Shown: positions 10,392-19,371 of the stretch, piece by piece
How positions within the stretch are numbered: the stretch's first letter is position 1
Layout: every line of letters starts with the position of its first letter
Assembly (NCBI GenBank): GCA_965197905.1
Contig: CBDAOB010000002.1
Location: 96,001-160,000, forward strand
Reading direction: 5' to 3'
DNA: 64,000 nt
Source of the DNA: Candidatus Latescibacterota bacterium
Lineage (GTDB): Bacteria > Latescibacterota > UBA2968 > UBA8231
Notes under the pieces: generated by a model
What the model was told of the DNA's origin: nothing
Database searches by the model: none
Seen by the model: only the letters and a program-made list of their open reading frames with translations
Program-made: the position numbers and the translations under genes

Positions 10392-11780
10392 CTATTCGGT
10401 TGACGGGCGGTGCTGAATCCACAAGCTCGCGATGGTGGAGACAAGAGCCGAAGCTACTACCAGCGACAGCACCCGCATGAATCCATTCATCTCATCTGCA
10501 ACACCATACAGCATGGGCAGCGCGCTCGACCCAGCAATACTGCCGATGTAGCGAGAGGTCGAGAAGATGCCCGAGGCGGACCCTGATTGCTCCCTCCGCA
10601 CCGCTTCGAGCACGGCCGTCTGCAGGCCCGCCTGTGACAGACCGAGCCCAACTCCGGCTATTCCCAGCCCCATCAAAAGCACCCACAGATCGTTCGCACC
10701 GCCAAGTAGTCCGAGAGCTGCCATGCCAATGGTGAGTAGAAACAACCCGATGGTGGTCGGCCAGCGACGGCCCCAGCGATCGGCGAGCAAACCTCCAAAC
10801 GGTGCGCACACCACCGATGGCACCCACAGGGCGGATAGTACGAGGCCGATCTGGGGGCTCGACCAATCGGGCAGGTCGGCCAGCAACAGCGGAATGGCCA
10901 GGAAAGCCGTGTACATGGCCAGGTTGCTGAGTGCAACCCCCACATTGCCAGCGGCAAAGGTGACGTTGCGGAAGAATCGCGGCTGAAAGATTGGATCATC
11001 GTGGCGCGCCTCACGGCGCAGGAAATGCACGACCAACAACACGAGTAACCCGGCAATACCCCATGTCACGATCGTGGACTCGGTTGGTGCCGCGCCAGTC
11101 ATCAGTGCGGCAGCGCCTGACAGGATGACGAGAAGCTGAAGAGCGCCGATCAAATCGAACGGTGGACGACTTTTCTCGCCACGGAGACGGGGGAGCGCGC
11201 GGAGCGCAAGAAGCAGAGCCGGCAAGATGACGAAAACGTTTACGTAAAAAACCGATGGCCAGCCGAAGAATCGGATCAGCACCCCCCCGAGCGGAGGTCC
11301 GGCAGCAGCACCGAGGACGATAGCCGACCCCAGCAAACCGATGCGACTGGCACGGCGCTCGGCGGGAACCACTTCCCGCAAAAGCGCCATGCCATTCGGC
11401 ATCACGATAGCACCCGCGATGGCCTGTTGAATGCGAAAGATTATCAGCTCTGAGAAACTAGAGGCGGTACCGGCGGCCAGCGAAGCCAGCGCAAAATAAG
11501 CCAGGCCACCAATAATCAACGGTCGTCGACCGAAACGATCCCCCAACTTTCCGCCGACGGGGTGCAGGCCAGCCATGGTGATCAAGTAGGCGATCACCAA
11601 CCAGCTGCCCGACTCCAATTCGATGCTGAACTCCCCCATGATTGCCGGGAGAGCTACACCTATCATGGTCGAGTTCAGCGGCGCGAGCACCGTAGCCAGC
11701 GCCACTGTAAACAGAATTACTGTTTCGTTCCTTGGCGCCCCCAGGTCGGTTACGCCATGGCGCTCGCTTTCAGTCGACAA
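10392..11780 (-). CDS. MFS transporter, DHA2 (EmrB/QacA-like) drug:H+ antiporter
   Basis: LAPLNSTMIGVALP, GKLGDRFGRR, FRIQQA, GPPLGG, GLLADRWGRR; about 14 TM helices. Confidence 0.88.
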   Translation of the reverse strand: MSTESERHGVTDLGAPRNETVILFTVALATVLAPLNSTMIGVALPAIMGEFSIELESGSWLVIAYLITMAGLHPVGGKLGDRFGRRPLIIGGLAYFALASLAAGTASSFSELIIFRIQQAIAGAIVMPNGMALLREVVPAERRASRIGLLGSAIVLGAAAGPPLGGVLIRFFGWPSVFYVNVFVILPALLLALRALPRLRGEKSRPPFDLIGALQLLVILSGAAALMTGAAPTESTIVTWGIAGLLVLLVVHFLRREARHDDPIFQPRFFRNVTFAAGNVGVALSNLAMYTAFLAIPLLLADLPDWSSPQIGLVLSALWVPSVVCAPFGGLLADRWGRRWPTTIGLFLLTIGMAALGLLGGANDLWVLLMGLGIAGVGLGLSQAGLQTAVLEAVRREQSGSASGIFSTSRYIGSIAGSSALPMLYGVADEMNGFMRVLSLVVASALVSTIASLWIQHRPSTE

Positions 11781-13446
11781 TGCGGACGAGCCCGGCGTCG
11801 CCGTCCACTTCGGTCGTCTGGCCGTCGCCGATCTTCCTCGTGCCTACAGCGGTGCCGACAACGGCCGGGATCCGATACTCCCGCGCCACCACGGCACAGT
11901 GGCTGAGAATGCCGCCAGTATCGGTGACGATGGCCGCTGCGGTGGCGAACAGCGGGGTCCACGGCGGCGCTGTCGTCTCCGCCACCAGGACCTCCCCGAG
12001 CTTGAGCTTGTCCGCGTCATCCAGCGAGCGAATGACCCTCGCCGTTCCCCGAACTTTTCCAGGAGACCCGGCGTTTCCTTTCAGGGTATCCGGTGAGTCC
12101 GCCGGCTCCGGCGGCAGTCCGAAGAACTTGCCGAAGGCCATCGTGATCAAACTGGGGGGAGGGGGGCCGTAGTCCGTGCCCATGAACAGGGGCGGACTAA
12201 GCGCTCCGAAATGCTTCAGTTCTCGTCTCCGCTCGGAGACGAGACCAGTGTGGTCCGGTGCCGGGGAGGCCGCTGCCGCCGCAGAAATTTCAGCCATGTT
12301 CAGAAAGAAAACGTCCGTCGAGGTCGGGATGATGCCCGCGGTAGTCAGCCGTTGACCGAGTTCCATAACAACCTGCCGCACGCGATAGCAAGCGTTGAAA
12401 TCGATCCAGAAACCGTGATCTTCCGTCAGCACGATTGCGGCCGAAGCTGCGGCGAGCAGGGCTTCGAATTCGTCTCGAACATTCGCCGGATAACCTTGCA
12501 GCTGCTCCCTGGCGGCGGTGATGGCGCTGTCTCGCTCCGCGGCCCGTTCTCGCAGCTGCGTTTCGGGGTCATCATTTTGTTCCATGTAATCCTTCAAGTT
12601 CACGATGACCGGACTGGGGTCCTCGATCCAGCTGGTGTGGCAGATGCCCCACATCGATCCACGTTGTCCGTAGGCCGCAAGAAAATCGTCCAATTCCCTC
12701 AGGAATTTCCGTCCTGCGTCCGATTCCCCAAGCGCCTTTGTCACCTCCCCCGCGTCACGCCCTGCGACGACTGGTCGCACCACTTCGTCGCCCGCAGCCA
12801 TGCGACTCAGTCGCGACAGCGCCCTGCCTAACTCGAGCGACTTGTTGTCGAACCCCTCCAGCAGCTTCTGCGAACCGAAGCTCCCGTCCTCTGCGAAAAG
12901 GTCGTGATGCAGCTCGTCGAACAATGCTAGAGCCACGTAGACGGGAATTACGGTCTGAAAGTGAATCTCGAACACACGCATGGACTCTTCCCATACTTTT
13001 TCGAGATGGGTGACCAGCTCAGGGGTCGATGCCTGGGTCAAATCGAAGCTGTCCCATTTGTCGATCAGGCCCTTGATCTCGGGCAGCCACTCCTGGTCCC
13101 ACCGCTCCTGCAACCGGTGCACGGAGGCCATCACGATCTCGTCCGATTTCTTCCCCTGTTCGGCCATTTTTTCGTGAGGCACGGATGGAAAAACGCCGAA
13201 GTACACCCAATAGTTGAAGACCTTGACGACGGCCTGGACAGGCATCTCGTAATGGACCATGGCCAGATGCAGACCGTGCATGAAGCGAGTCCAGAATTCA
13301 CTCTCCAACGGCGGCATGGCGTCCGGGAAGTGCATCTTGTCGAGTTGCCACGGGATCTTCTGCTCGTCCGGCGACGACCACTCGACCGGGAAGTCCTTTT
13401 GTAGTGGAAGGGTTACGGGTTCGGGTGGACGTCCAGGTTCAGCCAT
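11770..13446 (-). CDS. PEP-utilising enzyme: substrate-binding plus phosphohistidine swivel domain (C-terminal half of RPH-like dikinases)
   Basis: Start MAEPGR after GAAAGGA; FLAAYGQR, WIEDPS, DVFFL, GNAGSPGKVRGTARV, TAPPWTPLF, TDTGGILSHCAVVAREY. Confidence 0.88.
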   Translation of the reverse strand: MAEPGRPPEPVTLPLQKDFPVEWSSPDEQKIPWQLDKMHFPDAMPPLESEFWTRFMHGLHLAMVHYEMPVQAVVKVFNYWVYFGVFPSVPHEKMAEQGKKSDEIVMASVHRLQERWDQEWLPEIKGLIDKWDSFDLTQASTPELVTHLEKVWEESMRVFEIHFQTVIPVYVALALFDELHHDLFAEDGSFGSQKLLEGFDNKSLELGRALSRLSRMAAGDEVVRPVVAGRDAGEVTKALGESDAGRKFLRELDDFLAAYGQRGSMWGICHTSWIEDPSPVIVNLKDYMEQNDDPETQLRERAAERDSAITAAREQLQGYPANVRDEFEALLAAASAAIVLTEDHGFWIDFNACYRVRQVVMELGQRLTTAGIIPTSTDVFFLNMAEISAAAAASPAPDHTGLVSERRRELKHFGALSPPLFMGTDYGPPPPSLITMAFGKFFGLPPEPADSPDTLKGNAGSPGKVRGTARVIRSLDDADKLKLGEVLVAETTAPPWTPLFATAAAIVTDTGGILSHCAVVAREYRIPAVVGTAVGTRKIGDGQTTEVDGDAGLVRIVD

Positions 13447-13463
13447 GATCGGTCCTTTCTCTC

Positions 13464-14348
13464 TCAGGTTTGATCCGGTTCGATAAGTGTCGTTATCAAT
13501 CGACATTGCAACAGGTAGAGCTCGTCGCCTTTGAAGGCGCTCTCCACATCGACGGGCCAGCCCATTTTCTCCTCGAGACCGATGGCAAGTTTCGCCATGG
13601 AAACCGCTTGCTCTTCGGAGATCGTCGGCTGCGAGCGCATGAACCTCGGAACGGATACCTCCTTAGTGCCTCCCGGGACCATTACCGTCATACAATCCTT
13701 CTCAGATATGCGAGATTCCGTTATTGAAAGATCCTGTTTGCTGACGACAAAGGTGTCCGGGCTGACCGTTCCTCCTACTATGCTCTCTCCCAACCCCCAG
13801 CTGGAGTTGATAACGACTTCTTCTTGATTGTGGCTTACTGGATTGGCGCTGAAGATTACCGCCGCCGAATCCGCGGGCACGAGTTGCTGCACAAGGACGG
13901 CCATTTCGATGTCTTCAGACAAGAGTCCGTAGCGTTCCCTGTAGTCCATCACTTGATCGGAGCGCGTCGACTGCCAACAGCGCACCACGGCATCGGCAAT
14001 TGCCTGCGTGCCCTCCAGGTTCAGGTAGGTCTCATACTGACCGGCAAAAGATGCAAAACGACCGTCTTCATCGATGGCGGAAGAACGCACCGCAACGCTG
14101 GGTTGATCAGCGTCGCAGCGCAGGGCCATCTCGGCGTACAATTCATCTAGCTGGCGTAGAAGCTCCGGCGGTATCTCCCCTGAATCGCCTTCTTCGCATT
14201 GAGCCCACTGCCGAAATGCCGCGGTTGTCAGGCAGAATCCGGGGGGGACACGATGTTCCGCCGCCAGCCGGCTCAGATTGGCAACCTTGCCGCCAACAGA
14301 AGAGACATCCTGACATTCTGCCTGATCGAGCCAAATAATCTGCGCCAT
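13464..14348 (-). CDS. PEP/pyruvate-binding (PPDK_N, ATP-grasp) domain protein
   Basis: VGGKVANL, VPPGFCLT, VAVRSSAIDED, SFAGQYETYL, WGLGESIVGG, LYLLQCR. Confidence 0.9.
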   Translation of the reverse strand: MAQIIWLDQAECQDVSSVGGKVANLSRLAAEHRVPPGFCLTTAAFRQWAQCEEGDSGEIPPELLRQLDELYAEMALRCDADQPSVAVRSSAIDEDGRFASFAGQYETYLNLEGTQAIADAVVRCWQSTRSDQVMDYRERYGLLSEDIEMAVLVQQLVPADSAAVIFSANPVSHNQEEVVINSSWGLGESIVGGTVSPDTFVVSKQDLSITESRISEKDCMTVMVPGGTKEVSVPRFMRSQPTISEEQAVSMAKLAIGLEEKMGWPVDVESAFKGDELYLLQCRLITTLIEPDQT

Positions 14349-14653
14349 GTGGTGCCAGACCTAGTTCGAGACCCCGGGTATTGCAGGAAGAATAAAGGAA
14401 CTTTCGCGCGAGGACCGCAAACATGCGGCACGGCCAATTTGGAGCCACCGTCGATGCGAACGGTTTTCTGGGTACATAGATTACGTGGGAGAGGAACCTA
14501 CGGTGTCAGGCCGAATAGGTAACGAGACCGTCACCTGCTTGGCCCAGCATCCATCGTCTTCTCCATGTGTGGTAGCTTGTTCGTTCTTGAACCACAAGCA
14601 GGTTGCAATCTGGTGCGATAACATGCCACCCGCGCCGTTGGTAGGGCAATCGG

Positions 14654-15424
14654 CTACCGATCGCACACTTCAAAGGCCTGGCGCAACGCCGCCACCACTT
14701 CCCCCTTCGGGATGAATTCGTGGCCCACATATCCATTGTAGGCTGACGCCGATATAGCGCTGCAAACGGCGGCGTAGTTGATCTCCTGCTCGTCGTCCAA
14801 GTCATTTCGACCAGGATTTCCGGCAGTGTGGATATGACCGATAGATTCGATATTCTCCGTCAACGTGCGGATGATATCCCCCTCCATGATCTGCATATGG
14901 TAGATATCGTAGAGCAGCTTGACCCGAGGGCTGTCAACCAGCTTCACGACTTCCAGGCCCCAGGCGGTATGGTCGCACTGGTACCCCTTGTGATTCACCC
15001 GGGAATTCAGCAGCTCCAGATTCAGATCGATGCCCCGCTCCTCCGCGTACGGCGCCGCTCGCTTCAAACCCTCGGCGGTGACCTCGATAGCCGCTCCGTC
15101 GCTCAAACCTTTGATGCGGTCTCCGCTGAAACAGATCAATCCCTGCAAACCATGGTCGGCTGCGAGATCGACAGAGAGCCTCAACTCTGCTTCGATGCTG
15201 TCGTGGCAGGAGCGGTCATTGAGCTCGCGTGTGTCGTGGCCGATCATGCTTACCATCCGCAGGCCATGACGTTCCGCGTCCTTGCACAGCGTTTCGAAGT
15301 AGTCGTCTCGGCGCCAGATTTCCACAGCCGGATAGCCGATGGCGGCGATCTGGGCAAGAAGGTCGTCCAGGCCGATCGAATCAAGCGGCAGCATCGGCAG
15401 GCAGACAGATTGTTGAATCGTCAT
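14654..15424 (-). CDS. Hydroxypyruvate isomerase (Hyi) family TIM barrel
   Basis: LELLNSRVNHKGYQCD, KLLYDIYHMQIMEGD, HIHTAGNPGRN, GHEFIP. Confidence 0.88.
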   Translation of the reverse strand: MTIQQSVCLPMLPLDSIGLDDLLAQIAAIGYPAVEIWRRDDYFETLCKDAERHGLRMVSMIGHDTRELNDRSCHDSIEAELRLSVDLAADHGLQGLICFSGDRIKGLSDGAAIEVTAEGLKRAAPYAEERGIDLNLELLNSRVNHKGYQCDHTAWGLEVVKLVDSPRVKLLYDIYHMQIMEGDIIRTLTENIESIGHIHTAGNPGRNDLDDEQEINYAAVCSAISASAYNGYVGHEFIPKGEVVAALRQAFEVCDR

Positions 15425-15535
15425 CTAGTGTCCTGTCGCGTTAATCAATTTGACCCTGCGAGCACCATATGCGAAATTGCTCCTTCTGTTACACCAACAA
15501 CGCCATCACAATTCTAGAAATATAGTCGAGGTCAT

Positions 15536-16315
15536 ATGAGCGCCATAGTGCCGGAAAATATCTGTAAATCAAAACTGGGGAAAGGCCAGTTTGTTCTCGG
15601 GACGATGCTCGTTCACACGCGACAACCGGTTGTCATGAATATCCTTGCTCAAGCCGGCTATGACTTCGTAATCATCGACAACGAGCACGGCGTCTTCACC
15701 AATGAGACGATTTCCGATCTTTCCGTAGCTGCCCGCAATGCCCTGGTCACGCCGATGGTGCGGATAACCGACGGCACCTACACGCAGATCGCCCAGGCTT
15801 TGGACGGCGGTGTGCAGGGTATCATGTTGCCGCGGGTCTACACCGTGGATCAGGTGGAAAACGTGGCGAATATCATGAAGTACCCGCCGGTGGGAGCGCG
15901 GGGATGTGCCACCGGCCGCGCCAACAACGATTTTCAACGCGCCGACGTTGGGGAGTTCATGGAAGGCATGAATCGCGAAAGCATGTTGATCGTACAGGTC
16001 GAAACGGCGGAGATCCTCGACCGCTTGGACGAGGTTGCCGCGGTTCCGGCGGTGGATGTGCTGTTCGTTGGGCCGAACGATCTCTCGATCGCTTTCGGCG
16101 TGCCCGGGCAGATCAAGGACTCCCGCGTAACCGACGCGTGCGAGAAAGTCATCGAAACCTGCGTGAACCACGGAAAGACGCCGGCGTTGCAGGTCAACGC
16201 CGCCGAAGATCTGGCAGGCTGGCGCGACCGCGGCATGCACATGCTCAGCGGTGGCAGCGAGATGGGATTCTTGGGGGCGGGCGCTCGTCTCTTCTCGGCG
16301 CCGCTAAAGGGTTAG
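15536..16315 (+). CDS. HpcH/HpaI class II pyruvate aldolase (GarL/RhmA-like)
   Basis: GYDFVIIDNEHG, PMVR, LDGGVQGIMLP, KYPPVGARG, VQVET, LFVGPNDLS. Confidence 0.9.
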   Translation: MSAIVPENICKSKLGKGQFVLGTMLVHTRQPVVMNILAQAGYDFVIIDNEHGVFTNETISDLSVAARNALVTPMVRITDGTYTQIAQALDGGVQGIMLPRVYTVDQVENVANIMKYPPVGARGCATGRANNDFQRADVGEFMEGMNRESMLIVQVETAEILDRLDEVAAVPAVDVLFVGPNDLSIAFGVPGQIKDSRVTDACEKVIETCVNHGKTPALQVNAAEDLAGWRDRGMHMLSGGSEMGFLGAGARLFSAPLKG

Positions 16316-16387
16316 TGCACATAGGCAATCGACATGACATCACCGAGATGTGCAACGCCTATCAAAGCTGAGCGGAGGTTCTGAGAG

Positions 16388-17110
16388 ATGCGACCTATCT
16401 TCGTAGGCATCGAATACGCCGGCAAAACGACCCTGATCCATCAGCTCGAGCAGTACTATCATCGCCGTGGCCTCTCCACCCACAACGATGACCACTTCAC
16501 CATACCGGACAAACACCTAGGACCCGAGTCGAAAGAGTTGATGGTCGGTTTCCCGGACGATGTGAAGGAGCGCATGCAACGCATGCAGATCCACTACCAC
16601 ATCGAGATCATCAAGAAGTTCGAGCATCCCATGGTGGCCGGCTGGCATATCGAGGAAGCCGTCTATTCAGGGTTTTACGGTGACGATCGGGACCATCCAT
16701 ATTATCCCACCTACATCTACGACTTCCAGCGGCTCTACGAATCAGCGGTCGTCGAGGCGCAATTACGGGACGTGGTGCTGATTCACGTCACCGCCAGCGA
16801 CGAGGAAATCCGTCAGCGTATGCAGGCGGATCCGCACGAGTTTCAGATCATCCGCGAGGCGGACATCGGTGCCATTAAGGAGCACTTCGACGAGGAGGTG
16901 GCGAAGTCCCTGTTCACCCACCAGCACCGCAAAATAGTTCTCGATACCACCGGGAAGACGCCTGAACAATCTCTGGACGACCTCCTGTTGGCCACCGAAC
17001 CGCTGGTCACCACGGCGGAGCTGGCCATACGTTCGCTGCCAGTTCCAAACGGGGAGTTCGAGGTGCGTTACGAGGGCGGCGTGCGCAAGACGATCCCGAA
17101 GGATTCATAG
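16388..17110 (+). CDS. P-loop NTPase, nucleoside-monophosphate-kinase-like hypothetical protein
   Basis: N-terminal Walker A IFVGIEYAGKTT; VLIHVTASDEEIRQR lid; LDTTGKTPE at the end. Confidence 0.7.
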   Translation: MRPIFVGIEYAGKTTLIHQLEQYYHRRGLSTHNDDHFTIPDKHLGPESKELMVGFPDDVKERMQRMQIHYHIEIIKKFEHPMVAGWHIEEAVYSGFYGDDRDHPYYPTYIYDFQRLYESAVVEAQLRDVVLIHVTASDEEIRQRMQADPHEFQIIREADIGAIKEHFDEEVAKSLFTHQHRKIVLDTTGKTPEQSLDDLLLATEPLVTTAELAIRSLPVPNGEFEVRYEGGVRKTIPKDS

Positions 17111-17233
17111 ACGGACCGATCGGCGGGCAGTCGCATGCTCTGCGCGTCGGCTGAGTTCAAACTAGGTCAGAAGACATCCCTGGCAAACTTCGAATTCCGA
17201 TAGCGGGCGATGACACGCCCGCGGGGAGACCAG

Positions 17234-18040
17234 ATGCCGTACGAAACACATTTCTACAATTCGCGCTGGTGGATTACCATGGACGGCAAGCTGCTAGCCG
17301 GGTACAACGCCAACGACCTCCGTCCATACGTTTTCCCGTACTACAGCCCCAAGGGCGCACTGGTACTGCAGGAGTCGCCGCCCGATCATCCCCATCATCA
17401 GGGGATCTATGTGGGGCTGGAGGTCGACGGCCACGATATCTGGAACGCCGGTTCCTTTGGAAATGCGAGACACCGCCAGGATATGGAACAAAAGTTAGAA
17501 GACCTGAAACCGCAGATTGATGACACCGGCGTGACCCTGTCGCATAGGGTCTCCTGGAAAACCGAAGGTGGCGAGTTGCTCCTATCCGAAGACCGTAGAA
17601 TCCGCTTTAGCAACACCGGGTTTTTCAATCTGGTGAGCTGGCATTCCACCTTCACCGCCGTCGGGCCCACCGAGCTTGGCAAAACCAAGGAGTCCGGAAT
17701 CGGTGTTCGCGTGCCGCCCCACTGGGAGACGCGATGGGGTGGGGAGATCCGCAATGCCGAGGGCCTGGTGGGAGAGGAGAACACCTTCGACAAGATGTCG
17801 AACTGGGTTAATGTGCAGGGAGCCGCAATCGGTCAGGAGAAAGCCGGGGTGATTCTTCGCCCGTTACCTGAGTCGGAGTCCTGCCCCTGGTTCACGCGAG
17901 ACTACGGTCCGCAAGTCTACAACCCGCTGCGTCACCACAACCTGGAGCTCAGCGACGGCGATAGCTTCAGCTGGGATCTGGAGGTGGCTGCTTACGACGG
18001 CAACCGTTCGATCGCCGACATCGAGACTCTTCTCGTGTAG
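17234..18040 (+). CDS. PmoA-family/DUF6807-like beta-sandwich protein (not a methane monooxygenase)
   Basis: RPYVFPYYSPKG, PPDHPHHQGI, LLSEDR, GIGVRVP, WFTRDYG. Confidence 0.75.
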   Translation: MPYETHFYNSRWWITMDGKLLAGYNANDLRPYVFPYYSPKGALVLQESPPDHPHHQGIYVGLEVDGHDIWNAGSFGNARHRQDMEQKLEDLKPQIDDTGVTLSHRVSWKTEGGELLLSEDRRIRFSNTGFFNLVSWHSTFTAVGPTELGKTKESGIGVRVPPHWETRWGGEIRNAEGLVGEENTFDKMSNWVNVQGAAIGQEKAGVILRPLPESESCPWFTRDYGPQVYNPLRHHNLELSDGDSFSWDLEVAAYDGNRSIADIETLLV

Positions 18041-18051
18041 TCGGGGTATCC

Positions 18052-19260
18052 ATGAGCGCACCTGTTACCATCAAAGACGTCAAGACGATCATGACGGAGC
18101 CGCCAGGTACCCGCCGCTTGATCGTCGTCAAGATCATCACCTCCGAGGATGGTCTCTACGGGCTTGGATGTGCCACCTTCACTCAGCGTTTTCGAGCGGT
18201 GCACACTGCCATCGAACAGCATTTGAAGCCGGCGCTGATCGGCCGCGACGTCGATCGCATCGAGGAGACCTGGCAGCAGATGATGGTAGGCGGGTACTGG
18301 CGCAACGGACCCGTCTTCAACAACGCTATCTCGGGCGTCGATCAGGCTCTGTGGGATATCAAAGGTAAACGCGCCGGCATGCCCGTCTACCAACTGCTGG
18401 GGGGCAAATGTCGCGAAGCTGCCGTCTGTTATTCGCACGCCGGGGGGGATTCGCCCGAAGCGGTAGTAGACAACATGCGGGAGCGGATGGAAGAAGGATA
18501 TTGCTACCTGCGACTGGACATGGGTGGTCCGGAAGGTGGGGGAGGAAACATCGTGAAACCGGAAGGGGCGCCGGACGGCAGCTACTACAACCCGCGCGGT
18601 TACGTCCGCGGTCACTTGAAGTTGCTGGAATACCTGCGCAAAGAGCTCGGCCCCGAGATCGAGGTGATGATCGATGTCCACGAACGTCTGCGCCCCAGCG
18701 AAGCGGTGAGCTTGGCCAAGGCGGCGGAGCCGTTCGATCTGTTCTTTCTGGAGGATCCGCTGGCACCGGAAGATCTGGATTGGTTCCGCAACATTCGCCA
18801 GGTATGCAGCACGCCGATCGCGATGGGGGAACTCTTCAACCATCCACTGGAGTGGCGGCCACTCATCCAGGATCGACTGATCGACTTCATCCGCATGCAC
18901 GTCAGCCAGATGGGGGGTATCACACCGGCGCGCAACATTGCCGCCTTCGCCCACATCTATGGAGTGCGCACCGCATGGCATGGACCGTCCGACACCTCGC
19001 CGGTGGGGCACGCCGCCAATCTGCACCTGGATCTGTGGGCACCGAATTTCGGAATTCAGGAATGGTGCCGCTTCCCTGAGCTTATCTATGAGATCTTTCC
19101 CGGTCTACCGCAGGTGCGCAACGGTTACATGTATCCGAATGACAACCCAGGTCTGGGTATCGACGTGGACGAGAAGCTGGCTGCGAAATACCCCTGTGCC
19201 GATAGGCTGGATAGCTGGGGCAGCAGGAGGTTGCCGGACGGGACTCCTGTACGGCCCTGA
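18052..19260 (+). CDS. Enolase-superfamily acid-sugar dehydratase, RspA/ManD subgroup
   Basis: GCATFTQR, YWRNGPV, DVHERL, FFLEDP, AMGELFN, RTAWHGP, NFGIQEW. Confidence 0.9.
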   Translation: MSAPVTIKDVKTIMTEPPGTRRLIVVKIITSEDGLYGLGCATFTQRFRAVHTAIEQHLKPALIGRDVDRIEETWQQMMVGGYWRNGPVFNNAISGVDQALWDIKGKRAGMPVYQLLGGKCREAAVCYSHAGGDSPEAVVDNMRERMEEGYCYLRLDMGGPEGGGGNIVKPEGAPDGSYYNPRGYVRGHLKLLEYLRKELGPEIEVMIDVHERLRPSEAVSLAKAAEPFDLFFLEDPLAPEDLDWFRNIRQVCSTPIAMGELFNHPLEWRPLIQDRLIDFIRMHVSQMGGITPARNIAAFAHIYGVRTAWHGPSDTSPVGHAANLHLDLWAPNFGIQEWCRFPELIYEIFPGLPQVRNGYMYPNDNPGLGIDVDEKLAAKYPCADRLDSWGSRRLPDGTPVRP

Positions 19261-19371
19261 CTTCGATCGAGCACCTTTGAAGCCGCTAACATTCGACATG
19301 GAACGCAGAAGAAAGAGTTGAGCTGGGTTGCGCGCCCACTTCAGGCAATAACGCCCAAGATTAATCAGCCC

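Noticed and set aside
11770..14348. Annotation as PEP synthase (ppsA)
   Set aside because: The C-terminal pyruvate-binding barrel is absent and the His domain is terminal, as in RPH-like enzymes
17234..18040. Methane monooxygenase interpretation of the PmoA-family label
   Set aside because: Soluble protein with no TM helices and no pmoCB neighbours
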